DNA from: an uncultured Pseudomonadota bacterium
GTDB lineage: Bacteria > Babelota > Babeliae > Babelales > RVW-14
NCBI GenBank assembly: GCA_964446935.1
Contig: CAYUQI010000001.1
Coordinates: forward strand, 4,320-68,319
DNA: 64,000 nucleotides
Direction: 5' to 3'
The position numbers and the translations under genes were made by a program. Shown here piece after piece: positions 47,431-56,757 of this stretch (position 1 is its first letter; each line of letters begins with the position of its first letter). The notes below the pieces were generated by a model. The model searched no databases, was not told where the DNA came from, and saw nothing but the letters and a program-made list of their open reading frames with translations.

Positions 47431-47569
47431 TTTTGTCACCCTGAACTCCTAAGTGAGTTTGCGGTAGTAAATGTTTTCCTTTGTCATCCTGAATTAATTT
47501 CAGGATCAACATTCCAATGTTATTATTCCGAAATAGCATGGATGCTGAAATGCGTTTAGCATGACAAAA
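47431..47569. repeat. cluster of short hairpin repeat units (REP/MITE-like) at the left edge of the glycan locus
   Basis: The unit TTTGTCAT(C/G)CT(G/A)AA-5 nt-TTTCAG(G/C)AT appears at 47480-47507 on the + strand (hairpin ATCCTGAA-ttaat-TTCAGGAT). It appears inverted at 47539-47568 (ATGCTGAAa-tgcg-TTTAGCAT...gacaaa). A degenerate third copy TTTTGTCACCCTGAA lies at 47431-47445. Confidence 0.6.
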
Positions 47570-47627
47570 AACGGAAGCCATTTATTTGTTGACACTATGG
47601 ATACGTTTGAGCAATGAAAGATTAACG

Positions 47628-48569
47628 ATGGCAACAAAGCGTGTTTTAGTAACCGGGGGTTCTGGTTTTTTGGGAAGTCATTTATGCAAAGCTTTGGTGA
47701 TGCAAGGACATCAGGTAACGGTGCTTGATAACTTGTATACCGGTAATCTTAACAATCTTGCATCAATTCGAAACAATCCCAATTTTACTTTCAAAAAACA
47801 TGATGTTATTGAGCCATTTGACATGGACGTTGATTGGATTTTTAATTTTGCCTGTCCAGCATCGCCACCGCATTATCAAAAGAATTCAATTTTTACTACA
47901 AAAACAAGCGTTTTTGGCGCGCTTAACATGCTTGAGCTTGCGCGCAAATATAATGCTCGCATTATGCAAGCATCAACGAGTGAGGTATACGGCAATCCAT
48001 TGGTGCATCCGCAGACAGAACGATACGTTGGCAATGTTAACCCTATTGGTCCACGTGCTTGTTATGACGAGGGTAAGCGTTGCGCTGAATCATTATTCTT
48101 TGATTACAAGCGTATGTATAATGTTGATATTAAAGTGATTAGAATTTTTAATACGTATGGCCCATATATGGATCCTTATGATGGTCGAGTGGTGAGCAAC
48201 TTTATCGTTCAGGCATTAAAGCGTGAGCCATTGACTATGTATGGTGATGGAACACAAACACGGTCTTTTTGTTACGTTGATGATTTAATAGCTGGTATCC
48301 TGGCCATGATGAATTCTGATGCAACCCTTACTGGACCAGTAAATTTAGGAAATCCAACAGAATTCACCTTGCTTGATTTAGCTAAAAAAATCCAAACATT
48401 GATTGGTAGTCGGTTGCCTATTCTGTTTAAGCCTTTGCCTCAAGATGATCCAACACAACGGAAACCTGATATTTCTTTAGCAAAAAAAATGTTGGGATGG
48501 GAGCCAAAAGTTAATTTGGAAACAGGGTTACGACATACCATTGATTATTTTACGCAGCTGCTATCATGA
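47628..48569 (+). CDS. uxs: UDP-glucuronate decarboxylase (UDP-xylose synthase)-like extended SDR
   Basis: ORF (TTG at 47586) trimmed to [23 protein letters not shown] (ATG at 47628). Motifs [24 protein letters not shown], and [12 protein letters not shown] (the YxxxK of the UXS/ArnA-decarboxylase subgroup). Confidence 0.8.
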   Translation: MATKRVLVTGGSGFLGSHLCKALVMQGHQVTVLDNLYTGNLNNLASIRNNPNFTFKKHDVIEPFDMDVDWIFNFACPASPPHYQKNSIFTTKTSVFGALNMLELARKYNARIMQASTSEVYGNPLVHPQTERYVGNVNPIGPRACYDEGKRCAESLFFDYKRMYNVDIKVIRIFNTYGPYMDPYDGRVVSNFIVQALKREPLTMYGDGTQTRSFCYVDDLIAGILAMMNSDATLTGPVNLGNPTEFTLLDLAKKIQTLIGSRLPILFKPLPQDDPTQRKPDISLAKKMLGWEPKVNLETGLRHTIDYFTQLLS

Positions 48570-49732
48570 AAGTTGTTATTTCAGCCGGTGGGCGTTTTCA
48601 TGCTCATCAGTTAGCCAATCAGCTGATCAAACGAAATGCACTTGGTGCTTTTTTTACGTTCGATTACACCAGCGTTGATAGAAAAAAAATTCCACCGCAC
48701 TATGTTCATTGCATTAAACGATGCAAAGTGATGAATGATGCCTTTGTTGCTCTGCAGCTTGGACGGGTATGGGATAAATCTCGTTTTAATGTCTTTAAAG
48801 ATACTATGTTTGATCGCTGTGTAAGTAAACAATTGAATTGGGTTGAGCCCTTCGATTTGTTTGTTGGATGGGCACATTATTCTGGTCATTCGATACCTGC
48901 TGCTCGTAAGGCTGGTGCGCGAATAATCATTGAATCAGGGTCGTGTCATATTCAGGTTCAACAAAAACTTCTACAACAAGAATATGAACGATGGGGTGTG
49001 CCATTTCAGCCAATTCATGCACAAACAGTAGAAAAGATGATTAATGAATATAATCAGGCTGATTACATTATGACGCTTTCATCATTTGCTCATGATAGTT
49101 TTATTACACAAGGTTTTGTACCAACAAAGGTTTTGAAAGTTCCATGTGGCATGAATGTTGAGTATTTTTCAGATGATAAAAATTATATTCAAAAGAAAGA
49201 TAAATTCCGTGTTATTTTTGTTGGGTTGGTAACGTTACGCAAAGGAATCCATTACCTTTTGCAAGCGTGGCATGAGTTGCATTTACCGCTTAAGGATACT
49301 GAATTGGTGATTGTTGGTGCATTACAGAAAGATTTTGCTGCTATCAAGCAAAACTTACCAATTGATTCAAATATTATTTTTGTAGGCCCTGTTTCACGTG
49401 AGCGGCTTAAAGCGTTGTATCAGCAATCATCACTTTTCGTTTTGCCTTCTATTGAGGACGGTTTTGGTATGGTTATTGGGGAAGCAATGGCAAGCAAACT
49501 TCCTGTTGTATGCACTACCAATACGGCTGCGCCAGAAATTATTATCGATGGTTTGCATGGTTTTTTAGTGCCTCCACAATCCATTGATATGCTTGCTGAA
49601 AAAATTCAATGGTGTTATCAACATCAAGAGGAGGCGTCAGAAATGGGGTTGTTGGGTTATGAACGTATACAAGATTTTACATGGGATGTGTATGGACAAA
49701 ATGTGTATAACGTGTACGAGGGTTTACTTTGA
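48566..49732 (+). CDS. glycosyltransferase, GT-B fold (GT4-like)
   Basis: C-terminal [39 protein letters not shown] (E-x7-E type motif). ATGA overlap with uxs. Confidence 0.82.
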   Translation: MKVVISAGGRFHAHQLANQLIKRNALGAFFTFDYTSVDRKKIPPHYVHCIKRCKVMNDAFVALQLGRVWDKSRFNVFKDTMFDRCVSKQLNWVEPFDLFVGWAHYSGHSIPAARKAGARIIIESGSCHIQVQQKLLQQEYERWGVPFQPIHAQTVEKMINEYNQADYIMTLSSFAHDSFITQGFVPTKVLKVPCGMNVEYFSDDKNYIQKKDKFRVIFVGLVTLRKGIHYLLQAWHELHLPLKDTELVIVGALQKDFAAIKQNLPIDSNIIFVGPVSRERLKALYQQSSLFVLPSIEDGFGMVIGEAMASKLPVVCTTNTAAPEIIIDGLHGFLVPPQSIDMLAEKIQWCYQHQEEASEMGLLGYERIQDFTWDVYGQNVYNVYEGLL

Positions 49733-50754
49733 ATAGCATAAAAAAAATATTACTTGTTGGGGCCTTTTCTCCAGATCCCTCTATTTATACCTACGCCCAA
49801 TCATTTGTATCTGCTTTATCCCTGTTGGGCTTCCATGTGATGCCTTTTAATTATCGGAAGAAAGCTAGTTGGTGGGGAACTCTAAATGCATGGTGGTGTA
49901 ATAATGCACTTATACGTGCGGTAACAACATATAAACCAGACCTTGTGTTTATTATTAAGGGAGAATTACTTACGCCTGAGACCTTGTGTTGTATTAAACA
50001 AATCTGTGGATCAAGACTTATTAATTTTTATCCCGATAATCCATTTGTGGTGTGGAATGGGAATTCAAATGAACATGTTCTTGCATCATTACCAATCTAT
50101 GATTGTTGGCTATCTTGGTCGAAAATGTTAGAGCCTGTTCTTATTTCGGCGGGGTGTAAGCATGTTTGTTACTTCCCATTTGCTTATGATGAAACATTGT
50201 TTAATAAGTCTCTATCCATAACAAATAATGATTACGCTCAATATGCATCGGATGTATGTTTTGTGGGGACGTGGGAACCTGAGCGAGAGGCATGGTTAAA
50301 TGATCTTATAACTTGTATGCCTAGCATATCATTGGCTGTGTGGGGTAATGACTGGGTAACCAAATGTCATAATGCAGCAATCAAAAAAATACTTCGTGGC
50401 AGTGCTATTTACGGGGATTCAATGATTAAGGCTTTTCGTTTATCAAAAATTGTGCTTAATTTTATACGTGTTCAAAATTTGGCGGCGCATAACATGCGGA
50501 CGTTAGAAGTGCCTGCCAGTGGGGCTTTTTTGCTAACGCAGCGTACACAAGATCAGGCTGAAACATTATTTAAGGAGGGTGAAAGTATAGCCTGTTTTGC
50601 TGACAGCAAAGAACTTGTTAATAAAATTGATTTTTATTTGCATAATGCGAATGAACGTATCAGAATTGCCAATAACGGTTTTGCTCGAGCTGGAATGTTC
50701 ACCTTAACCAAGCAGCTTCAGCAGTATTTTAATCAATGCTGCTTGTATTTGTAA
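49729..50754 (+). CDS. CgeB-like glycosyltransferase family protein
   Basis: The pattern DVCFVGTWEPEREAWL...NMRTLEVPASGAFLLTQRT...FKEGESIACFADSKELVNKIDFYLHNANERIRIANNG resembles CgeB/DUF3880-type GT-B proteins. This is from my recollection, not a search. Confidence 0.55.
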   Translation: MNSIKKILLVGAFSPDPSIYTYAQSFVSALSLLGFHVMPFNYRKKASWWGTLNAWWCNNALIRAVTTYKPDLVFIIKGELLTPETLCCIKQICGSRLINFYPDNPFVVWNGNSNEHVLASLPIYDCWLSWSKMLEPVLISAGCKHVCYFPFAYDETLFNKSLSITNNDYAQYASDVCFVGTWEPEREAWLNDLITCMPSISLAVWGNDWVTKCHNAAIKKILRGSAIYGDSMIKAFRLSKIVLNFIRVQNLAAHNMRTLEVPASGAFLLTQRTQDQAETLFKEGESIACFADSKELVNKIDFYLHNANERIRIANNGFARAGMFTLTKQLQQYFNQCCLYL

Positions 50755-50764
50755 GGATTATGCT

Positions 50765-51436
50765 ATGCACACAGGAGATACGGTTAATAAACTTTCGGAT
50801 ATTAAAATTCGATATATCAACGGTCATTTGAAGGGCCGAGATATTCTCGATGTTGGGTCTGGTTATGCCTATTATAGTGAATGGCTTGCAACTAACAATT
50901 CCAATTTAAGAGTTATTGCACTTGATCAATTAGATCTTATGAGTTGTAAAGGAGTTGAATTTGTTAAAGCAGATCTTGAGCAACCAATCCCTTTCCCGCG
51001 TGACTATTTTGACACGATCTTGGTATTTGATGTTATTGAACATATTGTTCACGAAGAATCATTGCTTGATGAACTTCATAGGATATGCAGACCCTCAGGG
51101 GTAATCATTGGGTCGGTACCACATAGTGATGACTATTTTTTGCCCGCGTATAATTTAACGTTTTACAACCGAACAGATATGACACATAAACGTTATTATG
51201 CTATTGATACTCTCAAACGATTACTGAATAATCATGGTTTTGATGTTGTGACCGTTGATGCACAAGGAATAGTTCCTCCCAATCTTTTTGCCGAGTTTTT
51301 TCCTCGGTTGATCAAACCGTTGGTAAAAAAGGGGATAGGGCTTTTGCGCCGCATGCGGGTTATTAATCCTTATATATTGTCTTCAGATTTGTTTTTTGTT
51401 GCTCAGAAATCAACGCATTATAAAGGTATAAAGTGA
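50765..51436 (+). CDS. class I SAM-dependent methyltransferase
   Basis: Motif I ILDVGSGYAYYSEWL, then ILVFDVIEHIVHEESLLDELHRICRPSGVIIGSVP. Confidence 0.8.
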   Translation: MHTGDTVNKLSDIKIRYINGHLKGRDILDVGSGYAYYSEWLATNNSNLRVIALDQLDLMSCKGVEFVKADLEQPIPFPRDYFDTILVFDVIEHIVHEESLLDELHRICRPSGVIIGSVPHSDDYFLPAYNLTFYNRTDMTHKRYYAIDTLKRLLNNHGFDVVTVDAQGIVPPNLFAEFFPRLIKPLVKKGIGLLRRMRVINPYILSSDLFFVAQKSTHYKGIK

Positions 51437-52716
51437 TGGTGCCTTTTAAAAAACCTAAAATAGCAATTCTTACAGTGCGTAATTCGTACAATTACGGTGG
51501 TATTTTATCAACATTAAAAGTTACCTATCAATTTTGTCAGAACTATTTCGAACCGAAGGTTTTCTTTTTGGGATTTGATCATGAAATTGCAACGAGTCTT
51601 CGAAGACTAAAGTTTACATCGTCAGTTAAACCGTTATCGTATTTCGGGATGAATTGTATTGAGGTAGGAGCACGGTGGGCTTTTTGGGAGCCGGGGCACT
51701 ATTCTTTTACGTATCGCCACTGGAAAACATTACTTAAAGATTATGATTATTTTTTTGTTGTGAGTGGGACTTGTATGGCTGCTCATCCTCTTATGCTTTT
51801 ACATAAAAAATTTACCATGTGGATTGGAACGCCATACAATGAGGATCGTGCCGAGCGAGTAAAAGAACTTGATGGGGTTCGTTATGTCCTTAATCAACTT
51901 GCTCATCAGAAAATGAATGCTATTGAAAAAAAGATACTTTCACGATCAAGTTTTACGTGGGCAATAAGTACGTATGCTAAATCAAAGTTTGAGTATATTC
52001 TTGGGCATACGAGAGATACGATGGTATTGTGTGGGTATCCGATTGATTGTTCCAAGGTTTCAGTTGTTAAAAAAGGGGGATCTGAAAAAATTATTATAGC
52101 CGTCGGGCGTTTTAGTGATCCACGCAAGAACATTGATATGCTCTTTCGTGTTTTTGACAAGCTTTATCAACAAATGTCCGATATTAAATTGTATATTGTT
52201 GGCAAGAAGCCTTTGGACGAAAAACTTACGCAGTTCTCATCGTTACCATCATTTCAGAATATCATTTTTACGGGACAAATTGCTGGGGATGATCTGTTTT
52301 CGCTTTATAGAAGAGCGCATCTTATGCTTATTACGTCCTATCAAGAGGGGTTAGGGATTGTTGGACTGGAAGCACTTTTGCATGGAACCCCCGTGGTAGC
52401 AACCGATTGTGGCGGAACCCGCGATTATGTGGTGAACAATATATCTGGCTTTTTGGTTCCTATTAACAATGATGATGAAATGGTTGCACATGCCTATGCT
52501 GTTTTGTCTGATGATCAATTACGTGAACGGCTTGCACAAGGGGGGCGGCAATTGGTAGAAGAAATCTTTGCTATTGGTAAGATTTATGCTTTGTTTAAAC
52601 GAGGACTTGTGGTGGCGTATCCAGAATTACAAAAATGGTTTGAAGAGCGTGATCGTATGACCAAACTGTTACATGAGCGAAAAACAAATGTTTATTTAGC
52701 CCAGGATATTGTATGA
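51433..52716 (+). CDS. glycosyltransferase, GT4-like
   Basis: SYQEGLGIVGLEALLHGTPVVATDCGGTRDYVVNNISGFLV. Confidence 0.82.
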   Translation: MMVPFKKPKIAILTVRNSYNYGGILSTLKVTYQFCQNYFEPKVFFLGFDHEIATSLRRLKFTSSVKPLSYFGMNCIEVGARWAFWEPGHYSFTYRHWKTLLKDYDYFFVVSGTCMAAHPLMLLHKKFTMWIGTPYNEDRAERVKELDGVRYVLNQLAHQKMNAIEKKILSRSSFTWAISTYAKSKFEYILGHTRDTMVLCGYPIDCSKVSVVKKGGSEKIIIAVGRFSDPRKNIDMLFRVFDKLYQQMSDIKLYIVGKKPLDEKLTQFSSLPSFQNIIFTGQIAGDDLFSLYRRAHLMLITSYQEGLGIVGLEALLHGTPVVATDCGGTRDYVVNNISGFLVPINNDDEMVAHAYAVLSDDQLRERLAQGGRQLVEEIFAIGKIYALFKRGLVVAYPELQKWFEERDRMTKLLHERKTNVYLAQDIV

Positions 52717-53864
52717 GGGTGCTTGTTGTAAGTCACACATATATTTCTCCAATTAATCGTGATAAATGGAAGATGTTAGCGCAGCGGCATCCAGATGTTT
52801 CCTTAATGGTTATTTTTCCTAAAAGATGGCCAACGTGCTTGTTTCAACATAAAGCTCAGATAAGCCAAAATGAACTATCTGATAATTGTTCTTTCATGGC
52901 TCTTGATTCATTTAAAGAGGGTAATGAATTGCTGTATAGGTATTCAGCAAAACAACTGTTTGGGGTGATGAAAACATTTAGGCCAAACATTATTCATGTT
53001 GAACAGGGTGGCAATGCATTCAGTTTTTTTCAGGTGAATTTTTTTGCCAAGTTACTGAGGCTTAAGGCAAAAAGTGTTTTTTTTACTTGGATTAATTGGC
53101 AACATACTTTTTCGTTAAAAGGCAAAATGTTGCTCAAGCCAATTGAAAAGATAAACATGGCGTGCTCGCATGGCGCTATTGCTGGGAATCATGATGCTGA
53201 AAAGATTCTTCGTGCCAAGGGGTTTGCTAAGCCTGTTTTGGTGTTGCCGCAATTAGGAATAAACCGAATGCTTTTTGCTATGCGAGATCAGTCCCCAGCA
53301 TATAAGCGATCATATAAATACGTTGCTTTTATTGGCCGTATTACTGAAGAAAAAGGGGTTTTTTATTTGGCCAGAGCTTTTTTATCATTGGCCAATCAAT
53401 TTCCTGATTGGAAGTTATTGTTTGTTGGAACAGGGCCGGCGTTTCAACGATTGAAAAGTTTTGTAGCCGGCAAAAGAATGCTGAATCGTGTTGAAATGTA
53501 TCAATCTGTGCCGCATGAAACAGTTGCATCCATGATTCGATATGTTGATATTTTGGTTTTGCCTTCATATGAAACAGCAACATGGAGAGAACAGTTTGGA
53601 CATATTTTAATTGAAGCGATGGCAAGTGGGGTTTCGATTATTGGTAGTGATGCGGGTGAAATCCCTTTTGTTATTGGAGATGCTGGGTTAATTTTTAAGC
53701 AACGCAATGAAGCAGAACTTCTTGCGCAATTAAAAACTTTGATGCAAGATGATAAATTAAGAAAAAAACTTGGAATGATAGGATATCAACGAGCTCATTC
53801 ACACTACTCGCATGAAGCAATTGCCGATAAAACATATGCCTTCTGGCAGCAGCTTGGTGGGTAG
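52713..53864 (+). CDS. glycosyltransferase, GT4-like
   Basis: PSYETATWREQFGHILIEAMASGVSIIGSDAGEIPFVIGDAGLIF. Confidence 0.8.
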   Translation: MRVLVVSHTYISPINRDKWKMLAQRHPDVSLMVIFPKRWPTCLFQHKAQISQNELSDNCSFMALDSFKEGNELLYRYSAKQLFGVMKTFRPNIIHVEQGGNAFSFFQVNFFAKLLRLKAKSVFFTWINWQHTFSLKGKMLLKPIEKINMACSHGAIAGNHDAEKILRAKGFAKPVLVLPQLGINRMLFAMRDQSPAYKRSYKYVAFIGRITEEKGVFYLARAFLSLANQFPDWKLLFVGTGPAFQRLKSFVAGKRMLNRVEMYQSVPHETVASMIRYVDILVLPSYETATWREQFGHILIEAMASGVSIIGSDAGEIPFVIGDAGLIFKQRNEAELLAQLKTLMQDDKLRKKLGMIGYQRAHSHYSHEAIADKTYAFWQQLGG

Positions 53865-53886
53865 AAGACACAAAAAAGGAGAAAGC

Positions 53887-55278
53887 ATGATGACGGTAGC
53901 TGTTGTTGGTGCTGGCTATGTTGGATTGGTTACAGGGGCTTGTTTTGCCTCTAAGGGCTTCAGAGTTATTATCATAGAAAATAATCACGAAAAAATTGAT
54001 TTGTTGTTAGCGGGTAAAATTCCGTTTTATGAACCTGGTCTTGATACGCTTGTTATGGAAGGGATCAAGAACAAAAATCTTATCTTTGTGCCAACTATAA
54101 AAGAGGGACTTGCTTATCAGCCGGAAGTTCTTTTTTCATGTGTTGGTACCCCATCACTTCCTTCAGGGGCTGCTGATTTGTCCTACGTTGAGCAGGTAGC
54201 TCGAGAAATTGGTCGCTGTGCGAATAATTATTTGTTGGTTGTGAATAAATCGACAGTGCCTGTTGGTACCGCACGTAAGGTAAAAAGTAGTATTTATGAA
54301 CATATGGCGCAACGTGGGATTGCTGTTCAGTGTGATGTTGCCTCCAATCCTGAATTTTTAAAAGAGGGTAGCGCTGTTGATGATTTTTTATATCCAGATC
54401 GCGTTGTCGTTGGTGTTGATTCTGATCAAGCAGCGACACTTCTTCATAAACTTTATAAACCTTTTATCACTAATGAATCTCAATTTATATGCATGAATAT
54501 TGAATCTGCAGAACTTACCAAATATGCATCAAACGTTATGCTTGCCATGCGTATTAGCTTCATAAATCAATTGGCGCAGTTGGCAGATAAAGTTGGTGCT
54601 GATATTAAAGAAGTAAAAGAAGGAATGGCAAAAGATGCTCGAATCGGGCCACATTTCCTCAATGCTGGTATTGGATACGGTGGCAGTTGTTTTCCTAAGG
54701 ATGTTAAAGCATTGATAACAATGGGCAATGATTGTCACTTTCCTATGACGCTTGCACAAGAAATTGATAATATTAACACCTTTCAGCGCGTATGGTTTGT
54801 TAATCGTATTATTGCACATTACGGCCCTCGTTTAGCAGGAAAAACAGTTGGTTTATGGGGGCTTGCATTCAAACCAGAGACTGATGACATTCGATGTGCA
54901 CCTTCGATTGATGTCATTGATGAATTGCTGAGCCATAAAGCACATATTGTCGCCTATGATCCAGTAGCTCATGCCAATATTGCTGCTCGATATGGCGGAT
55001 CTGTTAGTTTTGCAACATCAGCGCATGAGGTGCTTGCTGCTGCAGATTTTCTTGTTATTTTGACTGAATGGAAAACATTTTTACAATGTAAGCCTCATGA
55101 TTTTGCTCAATTAGCTGACAAAACTGTGTTTGATGGGCGCAATTGTTTTGAACCGTCTTTGATGCATGCTGCTGGTATAACATATGTGTGTGTTGGACGT
55201 AATACCTCTATTTGCGATGAACATGTTCGTCAAACAAATGTAAAGAAACAAAAACAACCCTATGAAGCGGCTCTGTAA
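53887..55278 (+). CDS. ugd: UDP-glucose 6-dehydrogenase
   Basis: ORF trimmed to MMTVAVVGAGYVGLVTGACFA (ATG at 53887 after an AGGAG RBS). Motifs NPEFLKEGSAVDDFLYPDRVVVG, and GIGYGGSCFPKDV with the catalytic Cys. Confidence 0.93.
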   Translation: MMTVAVVGAGYVGLVTGACFASKGFRVIIIENNHEKIDLLLAGKIPFYEPGLDTLVMEGIKNKNLIFVPTIKEGLAYQPEVLFSCVGTPSLPSGAADLSYVEQVAREIGRCANNYLLVVNKSTVPVGTARKVKSSIYEHMAQRGIAVQCDVASNPEFLKEGSAVDDFLYPDRVVVGVDSDQAATLLHKLYKPFITNESQFICMNIESAELTKYASNVMLAMRISFINQLAQLADKVGADIKEVKEGMAKDARIGPHFLNAGIGYGGSCFPKDVKALITMGNDCHFPMTLAQEIDNINTFQRVWFVNRIIAHYGPRLAGKTVGLWGLAFKPETDDIRCAPSIDVIDELLSHKAHIVAYDPVAHANIAARYGGSVSFATSAHEVLAAADFLVILTEWKTFLQCKPHDFAQLADKTVFDGRNCFEPSLMHAAGITYVCVGRNTSICDEHVRQTNVKKQKQPYEAAL

Positions 55279-55309
55279 ATATTGGTTAATTTGAAATTGT
55301 GGATAAGAG

Positions 55310-55475
55310 ATCCGTTCGTGGTGAGGAGCAATACGTAGTATTGCATCTCGAACCATGAACACCATATAACAGTTTTTTTGTTGGGGATAACCTCATGTTT
55401 TTAAATAAAATATTTTTTATGAGTTCATGGTTCGAGACACTCGGCCTATGGCCTCGTTCCTCGCCACGAACGGAT
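55310..55475. repeat. 166-bp nested inverted-repeat (MITE-like palindromic) element in the ugd-GT intergenic gap
   Basis: Outer arms: ATCCGTTCGTGGTGAGGAG (55310-55328) versus its reverse complement TTCCTCGCCACGAACGGAT (55457-55475), 17 of 19 positions matching. Inner arms: TCTCGAACCATGAAC (55346-55360) versus GTTCATGGTTCGAGA (55423-55437), perfect. AT-rich centre; no ORF of its own. Confidence 0.65.
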
Positions 55476-55524
55476 TACAAGAATTACACAAATTTCCAGG
55501 CTATGCTTGAGGTTGATTTGCTTT

Positions 55525-56757
55525 ATGCCTCCTGAAAATAAACGAATAAAAATTACCTATGTTCATCATGGGAAAGGACTGGGGGGGGCGGCATTAAGCC
55601 TTTTGTATCTTATCCAATCGTTGGATAAACGAGTATATGATCCAGTTGTTATTTTTTTATATGATTCGTCAGCTGTTGCATTGTTTCAGGGTTACAATAT
55701 ACCTGTTATCGGACCGCTTAACATTATGGATTTTCCACATACAAAAATTTGGTGGCTGAGGTGGTATCATTCTTTAACGTTGATGCGGTCGATTGGCAAT
55801 ACGTTCAAAACGGTACGATTTGTTGCCCCACGTATCTTTAATCAATTAAAACCAGATATTGTTCACCTTAATACCAGTTCACTTATTGGGTGGGCATGGG
55901 CTGCGCGAAGAATGGGGATTCCTGTGGTGTGGCACATCCGTGAGCCATTGGCTGATGGGTACGCAGGAGTGCGCAAAACATTTATTCGAAATGTTATTAA
56001 ACGTAATGCTACTGCAATTATTGCCATATGCAAGGATAATGCTGCTCCATGGCAGAATGATAGCAAAACGCATGTTGTTTATAATGCCGTACCAACTGAC
56101 CGTTTTCATGAACATCAAACAATCGAAAGTTTTCTTGAACGATATCATCTTGATGAACAAGCACCTAAGATCTTATTTCTTGGGGGAATTTCACAAGAAA
56201 AGGGAACGCATATCATTTTGAATGTTTTTCAACAGTTACGCCATATTGTACCCTCGGTACGACTTTTAATTGCAGGAGAGTCTGCGTTTATTGATTCGCC
56301 TGTATATTCAATAAAACATGTATTTCCAGCTGCTCGGTATAAGAGTGCAATAAAAAAACAGTTAGGAGTGCTCGCCGAATCAGTTGTTCTTCTGGGTCCA
56401 ATCCTTGATGTGCCTGCAGCAATGGCTGCAAGTTCGGTGATTGTGTTTCCAGCAACGGTTGGGCATTTTGCGCGACCTATTATTGAAGCTGGATTTATGA
56501 AGAAACCAACGGTGGCTTCAAAACTTCCTCCACTTGATGAATTAATTATTGACGGGAAGACTGGTTTCTTAATAGATCCAAATGACAATGCTGAGTGGGT
56601 GGAGAAGTTGACCCTTTTGCTTACGAATAAAAAACTTGCTACTACTATTGGGCATCGTGCATATGAATTTTGTGTTCAGCGTTTTAATTGCCAACATCAT
56701 GTATCAGCAATTGGTACTATTTACAACTCGCTTATACGAGAAGGAGATACACCATGA
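55525..56757 (+). CDS. glycosyltransferase, GT4-like
   Basis: ORF (TTG at 55507) trimmed to MPPENKRIKITYVHHG (ATG at 55525). N-terminal GGAALSLLYL..., and a C-terminal GT-B half ...FPATVGHFARPIIEAGFMKKPTVASKLPPLDELIIDGKTGFLI. Confidence 0.75.
   Translation: MPPENKRIKITYVHHGKGLGGAALSLLYLIQSLDKRVYDPVVIFLYDSSAVALFQGYNIPVIGPLNIMDFPHTKIWWLRWYHSLTLMRSIGNTFKTVRFVAPRIFNQLKPDIVHLNTSSLIGWAWAARRMGIPVVWHIREPLADGYAGVRKTFIRNVIKRNATAIIAICKDNAAPWQNDSKTHVVYNAVPTDRFHEHQTIESFLERYHLDEQAPKILFLGGISQEKGTHIILNVFQQLRHIVPSVRLLIAGESAFIDSPVYSIKHVFPAARYKSAIKKQLGVLAESVVLLGPILDVPAAMAASSVIVFPATVGHFARPIIEAGFMKKPTVASKLPPLDELIIDGKTGFLIDPNDNAEWVEKLTLLLTNKKLATTIGHRAYEFCVQRFNCQHHVSAIGTIYNSLIREGDTP

Noticed and set aside
55111-55365. 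84-aa minus-strand ORF spanning the ugd 3' end and the left arm of the palindromic element
   Set aside because: It is antisense to ugd and reads through a repeat arm. The peptide (…HHERISYPQF…) is the typical spurious translation of such elements.
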